Positions 63,591-64,000 of a stretch of 64,000 nt of DNA are shown piece after piece. The notes beneath the pieces were generated by a model that worked only from the letters and a program-made list of their open reading frames with translations, was not told where the DNA came from and did not search any database. The stretch spans positions 12,378,828 to 12,442,827 of the forward strand of contig OZ316894.1 in the NCBI GenBank assembly GCA_973895155.1. The letters are read 5' to 3'. A program made the position numbers and the translations under genes. This stretch comes from Marsupella aquatica. Lineage: Eukaryota > Plantae > Marchantiophyta. Position 1 is the first letter of the stretch, and each line of letters starts with the position of its first letter.

Positions 63591-64000
63591 GTAAGTTTAA
63601 CAGTGTTTGAATCGAAAATTGGAGACAGCGGGCCAGCTCAGGGATTTGTCTGACTGTGATTTTTGATTATGTCGTGGAATTCTCCAATAGCCAGAAGCCC
63701 CGGACCTCTCGGGAAATTGTGCATCCATACTGTTTTTTCGAGCTGTTCTTTAGTAGTTCAATTGAGTTGTCTTTGTAATCCAAGGCAATTGGTTCCGATT
63801 GGGGCTGAAAAGTGCTGTCATAAATGCAACGAATATGTCACCTCAACAGCTAGAAAATCATCAGAAATGATAGGCTAGAATTCGACGTTGATCTGTCTTT
63901 TCTTTGTGGTTAAAAAAATGGGTGTTCTCATGAAGGCGTGGTCCTTGGACGCAAGCCATTTTTCTCTAGATATCGAGAATCGTCAGTGTAGTGTAGTGTA

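Overview
This is eukaryotic land-plant nuclear DNA. Gene content and intron style suggest a bryophyte or other non-seed plant, but that is inference. There are no prokaryotic operons or CRISPR arrays. The window opens inside a decayed minus-strand Ty1/copia retrotransposon of the Bianca lineage (gag, PR, IN, half-tRNA-Ile PBS, 133-bp 5' LTR). Host genes follow, most with introns that I spliced by hand and frame-checked: CSI1/POM2 (ARM repeats + C2, +), an orphan coiled-coil gene (+), a single-exon fasciclin-like arabinogalactan protein (+), mitochondrial o-type thioredoxin (-), a PIN-LIKES auxin carrier (-), an APO-family RNA-binding protein (+), plastid ObgC GTPase with a very long acidic N-terminus (-), and the first exon of a plastid-targeted protein at the right edge. 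Intergenic DNA is full of small non-autonomous elements: Tourist-like MITEs with TAA/TTA target duplications, Helitron-like elements, a Mutator-like foldback, a GC-rich TIR element with an 8-bp target duplication, a family of ~300-bp LTR-like repeats and several local tandem duplications. I found no unambiguous novel multi-gene system. The best leads concern transposon biology, the orphan gene and the ObgC extension.
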